A DNA stretch of 56,958 nt, from positions 1-56,958 of the forward strand of contig JBGPQV010000021.1 of the NCBI GenBank assembly GCA_041489255.1, written 5' to 3'. The position numbers and the translations under genes are program-made. Source of the stretch: Thermoplasmata archaeon. GTDB taxonomy: Archaea; Thermoplasmatota; Thermoplasmata; RBG-16-68-12; JAFNFQ01. This document shows, in pieces, positions 17,134 to 26,015 of the stretch. The notes under the pieces were generated by a model that ran no database searches, was not told the DNA's origin, and saw nothing but the letters and a program-made list of their open reading frames with translations. Each line of letters opens with the position of its first letter. The first letter of the stretch is position 1.

Positions 17134-18180
17134 ATGACGACAGAGCAGAAGCTGGGTCTCATAACAAGGAACGCTCAAGAGGTCGTGACCGCTGAGGAGC
17201 TCAAGGCGCTCCTGGAGAAGGGCGGGACGCAGAGGGCCTACGTCGGAGTCGAGCCGAGCGGGCTGATGCACGTCGGGCAGGGAGTGATCCTGTCCGACAA
17301 GATGAAGGACTTCTCGGCCGCCGGATTCGACACGATCATCCTCCTGGCAGACTGGCACGCGTACATCAACGACAAGCTTGGCGGGAGCATGGAGAATATC
17401 CAGGTCTGCGGCGACTACTTCGTCGACTGCTTCAAGGCGCTCGGGGTCCCGGACTCCCTGCGATTCGTGAAGGCGGCTGACCTGGTCAGGTTCCCCGAGT
17501 ACTGGCAGGACGTCATCAATGTCTCGAAGTCGTCATCCGTCGCCCGCATCAAGAGGGCGATGAGCATAATGGGCAGGAAGGAGGACGAGGCCGAGCTGGA
17601 CGCCTCGAAGCTCATCTACCCCGCCATGCAGGTCACCGACATCAAGAGGCTGGAACTGACAGTCGCCTATGGAGGGATGGACCAGAGGCACGCGCACATG
17701 TTGTACCGCGACCTGGCTCCAAAGCTGGGATGGAAGATGGTCTCCGCGGTCCACACACCCCTGCTCACGGGCCTCCAGGGCGGCGGGAGGATGGACGCGA
17801 TCGACGCCAAGATGAGCAAGTCGAAGCCGGAGTCCTGCATCTTCCTCCACGACCCGCCGGAGGTCGTCGCGAAGAAAATCTCGCAGGCCTTCTGCCCGCC
17901 GAAGACGATCGAGGGCAATCCGGTGGCGGAACTGTCCCGCTTCGTGCTGTTCCCGCGCGGGGAGAAGCTGAAGGTCGAGAGGCCCGCCAAGTACGGCGGT
18001 GATGTCTCGTTCTCGACGTTCGACGAACTGCTCAACGCGTACTCGTCCGGCTCACTGCACCCCGAGGACCTGAAGAAAGCAACCGCCATAACACTCGCCG
18101 AGATGCTCAAGCCCGTGAGGTCGTACCTCGAGCGGTATGGAGACAATCTGATGCGGGTCGAGCGGATGATGAGGAAGTGA
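17134..18180 (+). CDS. tyrS: Tyrosyl-tRNA synthetase
   Basis: AYVGVEPSGLMHVGQ (HIGH-like), LADWHA, YPAMQVTD, GGMDQR, KMSKS. Confidence 0.97.
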   Translation: MTTEQKLGLITRNAQEVVTAEELKALLEKGGTQRAYVGVEPSGLMHVGQGVILSDKMKDFSAAGFDTIILLADWHAYINDKLGGSMENIQVCGDYFVDCFKALGVPDSLRFVKAADLVRFPEYWQDVINVSKSSSVARIKRAMSIMGRKEDEAELDASKLIYPAMQVTDIKRLELTVAYGGMDQRHAHMLYRDLAPKLGWKMVSAVHTPLLTGLQGGGRMDAIDAKMSKSKPESCIFLHDPPEVVAKKISQAFCPPKTIEGNPVAELSRFVLFPRGEKLKVERPAKYGGDVSFSTFDELLNAYSSGSLHPEDLKKATAITLAEMLKPVRSYLERYGDNLMRVERMMRK

Positions 18181-18184
18181 CCTC

Positions 18185-18613
18185 CTGGCGCCGAAACGGA
18201 AGCTCACCGGCAACCAGATAGCCGCCATCATCGGCGTCGTCGGCGGCGTGATGATGCTCCTGGTCGGGGCGTCCGGAGCGGCCGCCTGGGAGCAGGTGGT
18301 GGACTTCCTCCAGAACAGGCTCGGGACTGATGCGGTCGTCCACATCTTCGCCTACATCTTGATATTGATCGCGTCTCTGGGAGGCCTGGCGGTCATCATG
18401 GGTTCCGCCCTCTTCCTCACGAAGCATGTCAGGGCCGGGCGGCTGCTGATAGCGCTGGGCGCGGGATTCGGGTTGATCGGCCTCATCATGCTCGTGTTCG
18501 TCCGCCTGGAACACGAGGAGCTTTCCATCGCGGGCATCGGGCTGGGCACCGTCGGGCTTGTGCTCTCGATCATCGCCAGGCTGAAGTCCAAAATCCCTGA
18601 CAAGCGCGGGTGA
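18185..18613 (+). CDS. 4-TM membrane protein
   Basis: Four hydrophobic helices. The first helix extends upstream of GTG 18248, so CTG 18185 is proposed as start (uncertain). Confidence 0.65.
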   Translation: MAPKRKLTGNQIAAIIGVVGGVMMLLVGASGAAAWEQVVDFLQNRLGTDAVVHIFAYILILIASLGGLAVIMGSALFLTKHVRAGRLLIALGAGFGLIGLIMLVFVRLEHEELSIAGIGLGTVGLVLSIIARLKSKIPDKRG

Positions 18614-18622
18614 GCGCTGCCG

Positions 18623-19066
18623 TCAGGCGTCCTCTACCAGCTCTTTCCGGACGTAGATGACGTCCTCAGTGATTTCGTAGCCTGCTTTCGTGAATAGGGC
18701 GAAGGAGGCTTCGTTTCCCTTCTCGATGAGCCCCGAGATCAAATGGATGCCCCTTGAGACGATCTCCTCCTCTGCCTCCTTGATGAGCCTGAGCGCGATG
18801 CCCTTGTGGCGGTGAGACGGCTCGACAGCCAGCCTGTTGATCCAGCCCTTCCGGCCATCGGAGGTGGCGAGGACAAGGCCGATCAGCTCCTTCCCATCGA
18901 AGGCGCCGATGAAGTTTTGCGAGCCAGCCTTCATCTCGGCACGTAGCGCCTTCGGCGAATCCCTGCTCTTCTCGCGGATCGGCAGTCCGCTCTTCTTCCA
19001 CAGTCTTATCATCGCGGGGATGTCGCTCGTCTTCAGGCGTCTGTAGACGGTCATCGCGGCGGTCAT
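18623..19066 (-). CDS. GNAT N-acetyltransferase
   Basis: GRKGWINRLAVEPSHRHKGIA, N..S..LF.K.GY. Confidence 0.9.
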   Translation of the reverse strand: MTAAMTVYRRLKTSDIPAMIRLWKKSGLPIREKSRDSPKALRAEMKAGSQNFIGAFDGKELIGLVLATSDGRKGWINRLAVEPSHRHKGIALRLIKEAEEEIVSRGIHLISGLIEKGNEASFALFTKAGYEITEDVIYVRKELVEDA

Positions 19067-19121
19067 GCGCGTTGCGGGAAATAAGCATGCGTCTCGGTCG
19101 AGGTCGGGCAGCCACTCCGTC

Positions 19122-19619
19122 TCAGGCGGATTTCGCGACCTTCACGCCAAGTCTGCGCGCGAGGCGGTCGTGCTCCTTCTTCGAAATCCACTCCACCTCG
19201 AGATAGTCGTAGATCTTGTCGTCGCTCAGGCCGAGCCTGCGTCCCTCGTCGACGGCGAACTGGTACGCCTCTATCTCCGTCTGGCGGTCGATGTACTCGA
19301 TCTTTGTGGGGAACAGCTCCTTCCCCTCCTTGAACTGCCTGACGTGGACCAGTTCGTGCAGGATGTCCATGTACAGGTAGACCGCCTCGCCGTCCCTCAG
19401 GTAGTCCAGCCCGACATTGATGTGCCCGTCCGCATCGTCTGTCCACATGTAGGTGTCCTCGTTGGTCACCTCGATGTGCGTGCTCGCGAGGAACTCCTTC
19501 CTCTTCCTGTCATCAGGGAGGAACCGCCTCAGGCCGGGCGACTCGTCAAGGCCCTCGAAGACCTCCATCACCTCGTACCTGCCGGGGCCGAGGGTGCGGT
19601 TGATCGTGATTGGAATCAT
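19122..19619 (-). CDS. Hypothetical zincin-like metalloprotein
   Basis: ILHELVHVRQ (HExxH) with downstream EIEAY. Confidence 0.7.
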   Translation of the reverse strand: MIPITINRTLGPGRYEVMEVFEGLDESPGLRRFLPDDRKRKEFLASTHIEVTNEDTYMWTDDADGHINVGLDYLRDGEAVYLYMDILHELVHVRQFKEGKELFPTKIEYIDRQTEIEAYQFAVDEGRRLGLSDDKIYDYLEVEWISKKEHDRLARRLGVKVAKSA

Positions 19620-19661
19620 CGGACGGCGAGAGCAACGCGGCGTTGCTAAAGAACCTGAGTT

Positions 19662-22247
19662 TCATCGGGGCTGCTTCTTCCCCTTCTTCCCGCCAGCGAG
19701 GCCGTCGACCTTGCTCTCGAGCTTTGCCAGTTTCGCCTTGAGGTCGCGGTTCTCGTCCTTCAGCGATTCGATGTCCTTCTGCGCGTCGACCTTCTTTGCC
19801 TTCTCCGCGTGGCTCTCCTGGATCTTCTTCACGGCCTTCCTGGCCTCGCGCCTGACCATGCCAAGCGGGTCGTACCTGTCGACCGCCGCCAGCTTAGGTA
19901 TCGCCGCGGCGTCTCCGAGGGCGACAAGCCCATTGACCGCCCCGAGCTTGGTCCTGAAGTTGGTGTCGTTGAGCAATCGGACGAGGTGCTCCCGGATGTC
20001 GTCCTTCTTGTCCTCGAGGTAGTGGCCGAGCTTGCCCAGGGAGTTGGCGGCTGCCATGCGGACCATCTCCGGATTGCCGTACTTCGTGTGGTCCATGCAC
20101 ACCTGCACCGCCCTCGGCTCGCGCAGCTCCGAGAGGCCGTCGAGGGATGCACGGACGATGACATCAGCGTGAGAGGGCCTGTCCATATTCTTGGTGATGA
20201 CCTCGAAGGCCTTCGGATCCCTAAGCTTCCCGAGGGCTATGACGGCCCCCGAGACGACGTAATAGGCCTTGTCACTCCTGTAGATGGCGCAGAGCCTCTC
20301 GAAGACCTCCTCGTCCCCGCGGAAGTTGCCGAGAGAGTCGACAACCGCCCGCCTCACCCTCGAGTCCTGCTGCTTGATCCCCTCGGAGAGCAGGATCTCC
20401 TTCGCCTCCGCGGTCGCCATCTCGCCGAGCGCTTTCGCCGCGGCGGCGCGGACGCCCCAGAATTTGTCCGAGGTGAGGGACTTCTTCAGGGCCTCGAAGA
20501 CCGCCTTGTCATACGGGATCTTCGCCAGCCCTTCGCAAGCCTGGATCCTCGGTATGACGTTCTCCGCGTGCGCGATCTGGTGGAGGAGCTCGTCCTTCTG
20601 CTTCTCGAATGTCAGCTTCTTCAGGATCCAGTTGTCAGGGTCAAAAAGGACCATCTGGGGCCTGTCGGGCGACGGGATGAAGTAGGTTTGCTCCGCCTTC
20701 TCCACATCGAGGTTCTCCCGCCAAAGCCTCTTCTTCGTCGCGATCTCGATGGTGATTGGCATCTTGAACACAGGTGTGCCGTCCTTGGTGTCCTGCTTCT
20801 GCTTCACCGTGAGGACGATGAGCTTGCTCTTGTCGTCGTAGGACCAGCTGATGTCGAACTCCGGGTGTCCGCCCTTGTAGAGCCACTCGTTGAAGAACCA
20901 ATCGAGGGCCCTTCCTGTCGACTCCTCGATCGCCTCCTTGAAGTCAGTCGTCTCGACGATCCCCTGGCCCTTCTTGTGGACATAGTGCTTTATCGCCTTC
21001 CACCAGAGGTCGTCCCCGAGCACGTGCCTCATCATGTGCAGGACGCACGCGCCCTTCTGGTATGTGTGGCCGTCGAACATGTCGTCGGCCTCCTTGTACT
21101 TGTGAGTGACTATCGGGCGGCGGTAGTGCTCCGCGTCCTCCTGGAAATACCCCTTGGCGGTGTCGAGCATCCTCTGGTGGAACTCGTCCCGCCCGAACTT
21201 GTGCTCCCACCATAGCGGGTCGAAGTAGGATGCGAAGCCCTCGTTGAGCCAGGCATGCCCCCAGCTCTTCATCGTGATGTAGTCGCCGAACCACTGATGC
21301 GCGAGTTCGTGGGCCACTAGGCTGTCCGACATGTAGTTCGGCCTCGCCTTCTCATCGTGCAGGCAGTATTCGGTGAGCGTCGTGCAGGTGGTGTTCTCCA
21401 TGCCGCCAAACGTGAAGTCCTGGACGACGACCTGCGCATACTTCGCCCACGGGTATTTCAGGCCGGTCACGCCACCGAAGAACTCGATCATATCAGGCGT
21501 GTTCTGGAACGCCAGCGGAATGAACTTGGCCTTCCCCTTCGGCACATAATACTGGACAGGGACGCCGTCGACCTTCTCCTCCTGGAAGTCGAACTCCCCA
21601 ACGACCAGAGTCACGAGGTAGTTGACATGCGGGATGTCCTGCAGCCACCTGTAGGTCTTCATGCCCTTCTTCGCGTCGGTCTTGACCTCGGCGAGCCGCC
21701 CGTTCGAGACCGTGCTGTACTTGCTCTTGACCGTGACTATCAGCTCAGTCGTCATGCGGTCGTTCGGCGCCTCGTAGCACGGGAACCAGCGCTTGTTGTC
21801 CTCAGACTCGCCCTGCGTCCAGATCTGAAAGGGCTTGTTCGGGTACGACTTGTCGGGCGAGATGAAGAAGAGTCCCGCCTTGGGCTGGGCCTCGTATTCC
21901 ACAGCGAGCTGGAACTCCTGACCGGCCTTGTACGCCCTCAGCAGCCTCACGAGGATCTTGCCGTCCGCGACCTCGAAGTCGAGGTGCCTGCCGTCGCCGT
22001 CGGTGACCCTGGAGATCGCCATGTCGACCGCGTCCAGCTCCAAGGACTTCAGGCCGTCGTTTATAGGGATTAGGACCAGCGTGGACGTCCCCTTGACCGT
22101 CCTCGCCTCATCATCGAAAGAGACCTCGAGCTTCAGGTGCTTCACATGGAACGTCCTGTCCCTCGGACCCTTCTCGGTCGTCGATTCGTCCGTGAACGCC
22201 CTCTCACCGGCCCCGATGGCAAAGCTTCGGCAGTTTTCAATGGTCAT
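19662..22247 (-). CDS. M1 family aminopeptidase with C-terminal HEAT repeats and coiled coil
   Basis: GGMEN, HELAHQWFG..WLNEGFA, TYQKG; HEAT repeats (WGVRAAAAKALG). Start at ATG 22247 preferred. Confidence 0.93.
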   Translation of the reverse strand: MTIENCRSFAIGAGERAFTDESTTEKGPRDRTFHVKHLKLEVSFDDEARTVKGTSTLVLIPINDGLKSLELDAVDMAISRVTDGDGRHLDFEVADGKILVRLLRAYKAGQEFQLAVEYEAQPKAGLFFISPDKSYPNKPFQIWTQGESEDNKRWFPCYEAPNDRMTTELIVTVKSKYSTVSNGRLAEVKTDAKKGMKTYRWLQDIPHVNYLVTLVVGEFDFQEEKVDGVPVQYYVPKGKAKFIPLAFQNTPDMIEFFGGVTGLKYPWAKYAQVVVQDFTFGGMENTTCTTLTEYCLHDEKARPNYMSDSLVAHELAHQWFGDYITMKSWGHAWLNEGFASYFDPLWWEHKFGRDEFHQRMLDTAKGYFQEDAEHYRRPIVTHKYKEADDMFDGHTYQKGACVLHMMRHVLGDDLWWKAIKHYVHKKGQGIVETTDFKEAIEESTGRALDWFFNEWLYKGGHPEFDISWSYDDKSKLIVLTVKQKQDTKDGTPVFKMPITIEIATKKRLWRENLDVEKAEQTYFIPSPDRPQMVLFDPDNWILKKLTFEKQKDELLHQIAHAENVIPRIQACEGLAKIPYDKAVFEALKKSLTSDKFWGVRAAAAKALGEMATAEAKEILLSEGIKQQDSRVRRAVVDSLGNFRGDEEVFERLCAIYRSDKAYYVVSGAVIALGKLRDPKAFEVITKNMDRPSHADVIVRASLDGLSELREPRAVQVCMDHTKYGNPEMVRMAAANSLGKLGHYLEDKKDDIREHLVRLLNDTNFRTKLGAVNGLVALGDAAAIPKLAAVDRYDPLGMVRREARKAVKKIQESHAEKAKKVDAQKDIESLKDENRDLKAKLAKLESKVDGLAGGKKGKKQPR

Positions 22248-22412
22248 CGCAGACCTCTCCGAAAGCGGTCGAACCGCTGCGATAATTGACGGCGCACTGT
22301 AACCCCTTGCGCTATTTATGACTATGGCAGGTCTCTTCTGGAGACTCACATCGTTGGGAGACCTAAACTTTCTTAACTGCCGCGGGGATTAAGTGGCGAC
22401 AGGGGCAGGCCA

Positions 22413-22898
22413 GTGGAAATCAAGAGCATCGCCGTCGAGAATCCCGACAAGCTCAACTTCATCCTCGGCCAGACGCACTTCATCAAGACGGCTGAAGACC
22501 TTCACGAGGCGCTGGTCAACGCGGTCCCGGGCATCAAGTTCGGCCTCGCCTTCTGCGAGGCGTCCGGCCCCTGCCTCGTCAGGGTCGAGGGGAACGACGA
22601 GGCACTCAAGCAACTCGCGGCGAGGAACGCGATGGCCATCGGCGCCGGTCACACGTTCATCATCTTCATGAAGGATGCCTACCCTGTCAATCTGCTCAGG
22701 GCGATCCGCGATGTGCCCGAGGTAGTGAACATCTTCTGCGCCAGCGCGAACCCGGTCGAGGTCGTGATCGCGGAGGGCAAGGAAGGCAGGGGCATACTCG
22801 GCGTCATCGATGGCATCAGATCGAAGGGTGTCGAGACCGAGAAGGACAGGCGGGAACGAATCGAGTTCCTCCGCAAGATTGGATACAAGATTGGTTGA
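22413..22898 (+). CDS. DUF355 adenosine-specific kinase family protein
   Basis: ILGQTHFIKTAEDL, FGLAFCEASG, GAGH.F, YPVN, RGILGVIDG. Confidence 0.9.
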   Translation: MEIKSIAVENPDKLNFILGQTHFIKTAEDLHEALVNAVPGIKFGLAFCEASGPCLVRVEGNDEALKQLAARNAMAIGAGHTFIIFMKDAYPVNLLRAIRDVPEVVNIFCASANPVEVVIAEGKEGRGILGVIDGIRSKGVETEKDRRERIEFLRKIGYKIG

Positions 22899-22899
22899 C

Positions 22900-23646
22900 A
22901 TGTGCAGAATGCTGGGCGTTGTCTCAAAGAGGCCGATCGATCCGAAGCTGCTGGCCGAGTTCAGGCTGCTGGCGGACACGGGCAAGATCCCGAAGGATTT
23001 CGGCTGTGAGCAGATCAGCACGAGGGCGGGCCACCCGGAGGGTTGGGGAATCGCCTGTCTGGCGGGAAACGGGGAGGTCTACAGGCGCGGCCAAATCAAG
23101 GCGACCGCCGATCCGCTATACGAGGCGGCGGTGAAGGAGCTTGACCGTCTCGTGACCCCGCCGTTCGTCCTGGTGGCGCATCTCAGGCGGGCGACCAGGC
23201 TGGACACGGTCCAGGTCGATTTCAACCAGCCCTACATGCGCGAGCTTGCGGGAAGGATCGTCTTCTTCGCGCACAACGGCAGCATCGAGGGTTACGGCGT
23301 GAGAGACGGGAAGATCGACTCCCAGGCGTACTTCGAGAGACTGCTCATGCGGCTGGAGGACGGACCGCTGGCGGTGGATGAGTTCAAGAAGCGCCTGGAC
23401 GAGGTCAAGGGCGCGCTCTCCTCGGAATTCCCGAAGAAGGTCTCCAGCCTGACCTTTGTGATGTCGGACGGTGACGAGCTCGTGGGGCACAGGGACGCAA
23501 GAGAGTGCACGCCATACTACGCCCTGCACAAGGTCAAGACTGACGACTCATTCATCCTCTGTTCGGAGGTCCTGCACTCGATCGAGGGGAAGTGGCGGCT
23601 CCTCAGGAACAACGAGACGGTTTCATTCTCTGCCAGTGAATTGTGA
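22900..23646 (+). CDS. Class II (Ntn) glutamine amidotransferase-like protein (YafJ/EgtC-like)
   Basis: N-terminal MCRML, H.EGWG, AHLRRAT, FAHNG, IDS, SE. Confidence 0.85.
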   Translation: MCRMLGVVSKRPIDPKLLAEFRLLADTGKIPKDFGCEQISTRAGHPEGWGIACLAGNGEVYRRGQIKATADPLYEAAVKELDRLVTPPFVLVAHLRRATRLDTVQVDFNQPYMRELAGRIVFFAHNGSIEGYGVRDGKIDSQAYFERLLMRLEDGPLAVDEFKKRLDEVKGALSSEFPKKVSSLTFVMSDGDELVGHRDARECTPYYALHKVKTDDSFILCSEVLHSIEGKWRLLRNNETVSFSASEL

Positions 23647-23841
23647 CATCACGGCGCACGGTGCCAAGCTAGGGTTTATCTAGGAGGTCTGCCAGACTTT
23701 CCAGACCCCCCCTTCCCAGTGCTGGCACGAATCTCTCCCTAGTTGACTCTCATGGTGACACAGAGGATTTAAATAGGACCGGGAACGTGGGTAGGCGTCC
23801 AACTGATCTATTTACAGTTGATGGGCCGGGAGGAGGATAGA

Positions 23842-24756
23842 ATGCGCGAGATTGAGATAACAACGCAATGTCCGGAGTGCTCGAGCGAGCATCTTGTGAG
23901 GGATTACGAGAGGGCCGAGATAGTCTGCCAAGACTGCGGACTCGTGCTGGACGACTGCATCATAGACGAGGGTCCGGAGTGGCGCGCCTTCGACTCCGAG
24001 CAGAGGGAGAGCAGGGAGAGGGCGGGCCCGCCGAGCAGCATCCTGGCCCACGACAAGGGCCTTTCCACCTCGATCGGCTGGAGGAACAAGGACGCCTATG
24101 GGAGGCAGATACCTCACCGCAGCCGCGCGCAGATCTACCGCCTGAGGAAGTGGCAGCACCGCATCCGGACGAGCAAGAGTGGTGAGAGATCACTCGCGCA
24201 GGGCCTCACGGAGATCAACACGATGGCCTCGAAGATGTCCCTTCCACGCCATGTCCGTGAGTCGGCCGCTGTCCTCTACCGCAAGGCATCGGTGAAGAAC
24301 CTGGTGCGCGGGAGGAGCATCGACGAGGTCGTCGCCGCCACATTGTACGCGGCGTGCCGCCAGTGCGATGTCCCGAGGACTCTCGACGAGGTCGCCGCGA
24401 AGAGCAACGTCGACAGGAAGAGCATCGGCAGGACCTACCGCACTCTGGCTCGGGAACTCGGTATCAGGCTCTTGCCTCAATCACCGCGCGACTACATCGC
24501 GAGGTTCTGCAACCGCCTCAACCTGGACATGGACGTCCAGAGACGCGCGAAGGAAATACTCGACAAGGTCGAGAAGGCGGAGCTCGCGACTGGCGTCGCA
24601 CCTTCGGGCGTTGCGGCCGCGACTATCTACATCGCCGCGATGCTGGCTCAGAAGCCCGTTACGCAGAAGCAGGTCGCCGAGGTCGCGGGAGTCACCGAGG
24701 TCACGATCAGGAACAGGTACAAGAGAATCACCCAGGCGCTCGGCATTGACAGCTGA
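23842..24756 (+). CDS. tfb: Transcription initiation factor IIB
   Basis: CPEC..CQDCG ribbon, GPEWRAF, HDKGLST, two cyclin repeats, [10 protein letters not shown]; GGAGG before ATG 23842. Confidence 0.97.
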   Translation: MREIEITTQCPECSSEHLVRDYERAEIVCQDCGLVLDDCIIDEGPEWRAFDSEQRESRERAGPPSSILAHDKGLSTSIGWRNKDAYGRQIPHRSRAQIYRLRKWQHRIRTSKSGERSLAQGLTEINTMASKMSLPRHVRESAAVLYRKASVKNLVRGRSIDEVVAATLYAACRQCDVPRTLDEVAAKSNVDRKSIGRTYRTLARELGIRLLPQSPRDYIARFCNRLNLDMDVQRRAKEILDKVEKAELATGVAPSGVAAATIYIAAMLAQKPVTQKQVAEVAGVTEVTIRNRYKRITQALGIDS

Positions 24757-24847
24757 GCTGCTCACTGACTCAGGAATCTGAAATTGCCCGCTAATCAGTC
24801 TTCGAGCAAAGGTTAAAGGAGAACGAGGTTTTCCACGGACAGGCCCG

Positions 24848-25717
24848 GTGAATGCGTTGACCTCTGAGAACATCGAGAAAGGCGACATCGTATATCTTGA
24901 GATTGACTCCTGGATTCTGAACCCTGACGGGACGAAGAAGCTGCACGACACGACGCACCAGGAACTCGCGAAGCAGGAGAAGGTCTTCGACGAGAAGAAG
25001 CTCTACGCCGAGATGCCTGTGGTCGTTGGGTATGACAGGATAGCAAAAGGCCTGGAGGAGGAATTCCTCGGAAAAATCGTGGGGAGCGAGGGCGAGATCA
25101 CAGTGGCTCCCGAGAAAGGCGCGGGCCCGAGAGACCCGAAGCTCGTCGCGACGAAATCGATCAGGGAGTTCGTCAAGATGGAGATCGAACCCGAGATCGG
25201 CATGCCCGTCGTGATTGGCGGGAGGAGAGGCTACATCTCCGCGGTGACGGCGGGGCGGGTGCGCGTCGACTTCAACAGCCCGCTCGCGGGGAAGACGATC
25301 CAGTACAAGTACAAGATTTCCAAGAAGGCCGAGGGGACCGAGGACAAGGTCCGCGGCCTGATCGAGATGGATTACGGGCTTGGAGAGCAGTTCAAGGTGA
25401 AGGCGAGCGGGGACGAGGCCGAGGTCGTGATCCCTGACATCTGCAAGACCGACGAGAGCTGGCTGGTCGCCAAGTTCCGCATCGTCGCGGACATGAGGGA
25501 ACTCAACCTCCTGAAGAAGATCAGGTTCGTCGAGGAATACGAGAAGAAAGAGGAGAAGAAGGAGGAAGCGAAGCCCGAGGAAGCCCACGACCACGCACAT
25601 GAACATGAGGAGAAGCCGGAGGCGAAGCCCGCGAAGAAAGCAACCTCCACCAAGAGGAAGGAGAAGCCCCCCGAGGAGGAGCCTCCGAAAGAGGAGAAGT
25701 CGCCCGAGGAGCTCTAG
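24848..25717 (+). CDS. Long-type archaeal FKBP peptidyl-prolyl isomerase with His/Glu/Lys-rich tail
   Basis: DTT, KGLEE, PEKGAGPRD, RVRVDFNSPLAGK. Confidence 0.9.
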   Translation: MNALTSENIEKGDIVYLEIDSWILNPDGTKKLHDTTHQELAKQEKVFDEKKLYAEMPVVVGYDRIAKGLEEEFLGKIVGSEGEITVAPEKGAGPRDPKLVATKSIREFVKMEIEPEIGMPVVIGGRRGYISAVTAGRVRVDFNSPLAGKTIQYKYKISKKAEGTEDKVRGLIEMDYGLGEQFKVKASGDEAEVVIPDICKTDESWLVAKFRIVADMRELNLLKKIRFVEEYEKKEEKKEEAKPEEAHDHAHEHEEKPEAKPAKKATSTKRKEKPPEEEPPKEEKSPEEL

Positions 25718-25766
25718 CCTCAGTACTCTTAAGTAAGTGTTCCAGCATGGATTCGCATCCATCAAT

Positions 25767-25841
25767 GGACGGGTGGCCTAGACAGGATATGGCACCAGTT
25801 TCCTAAACTGGCGGTCCCGGGTTCGAATCCCGGCCCGTCCG
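25767..25841 (+). tRNA. tRNA-Arg(CCT), intronless, CCA not encoded
   Basis: Acceptor GGACGGG/CCCGTCC, anticodon arm CCAGT-TTCCTAA-ACTGG, T arm CCGGG-TTCGAAT-CCCGG, followed by TTTTT; TATA-like cttaag about 35 nt upstream. Confidence 0.95.
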
Positions 25842-26015
25842 CTTTTTCCTGAACCGATGTCAAATGCAAGTTTCTCAGTGCTTCGAGTCTTCCGACCGGA
25901 CCTTTCAGATTCTCTCCGCTAAGTTTAATATCTCCCTCTTCGGTGGCTGCACTCCTGTCTCAGTTCGGCAAGCGGGAGCACGTAGGATATATCTCCATGA
26001 AAGAAGTGGTCTTCG

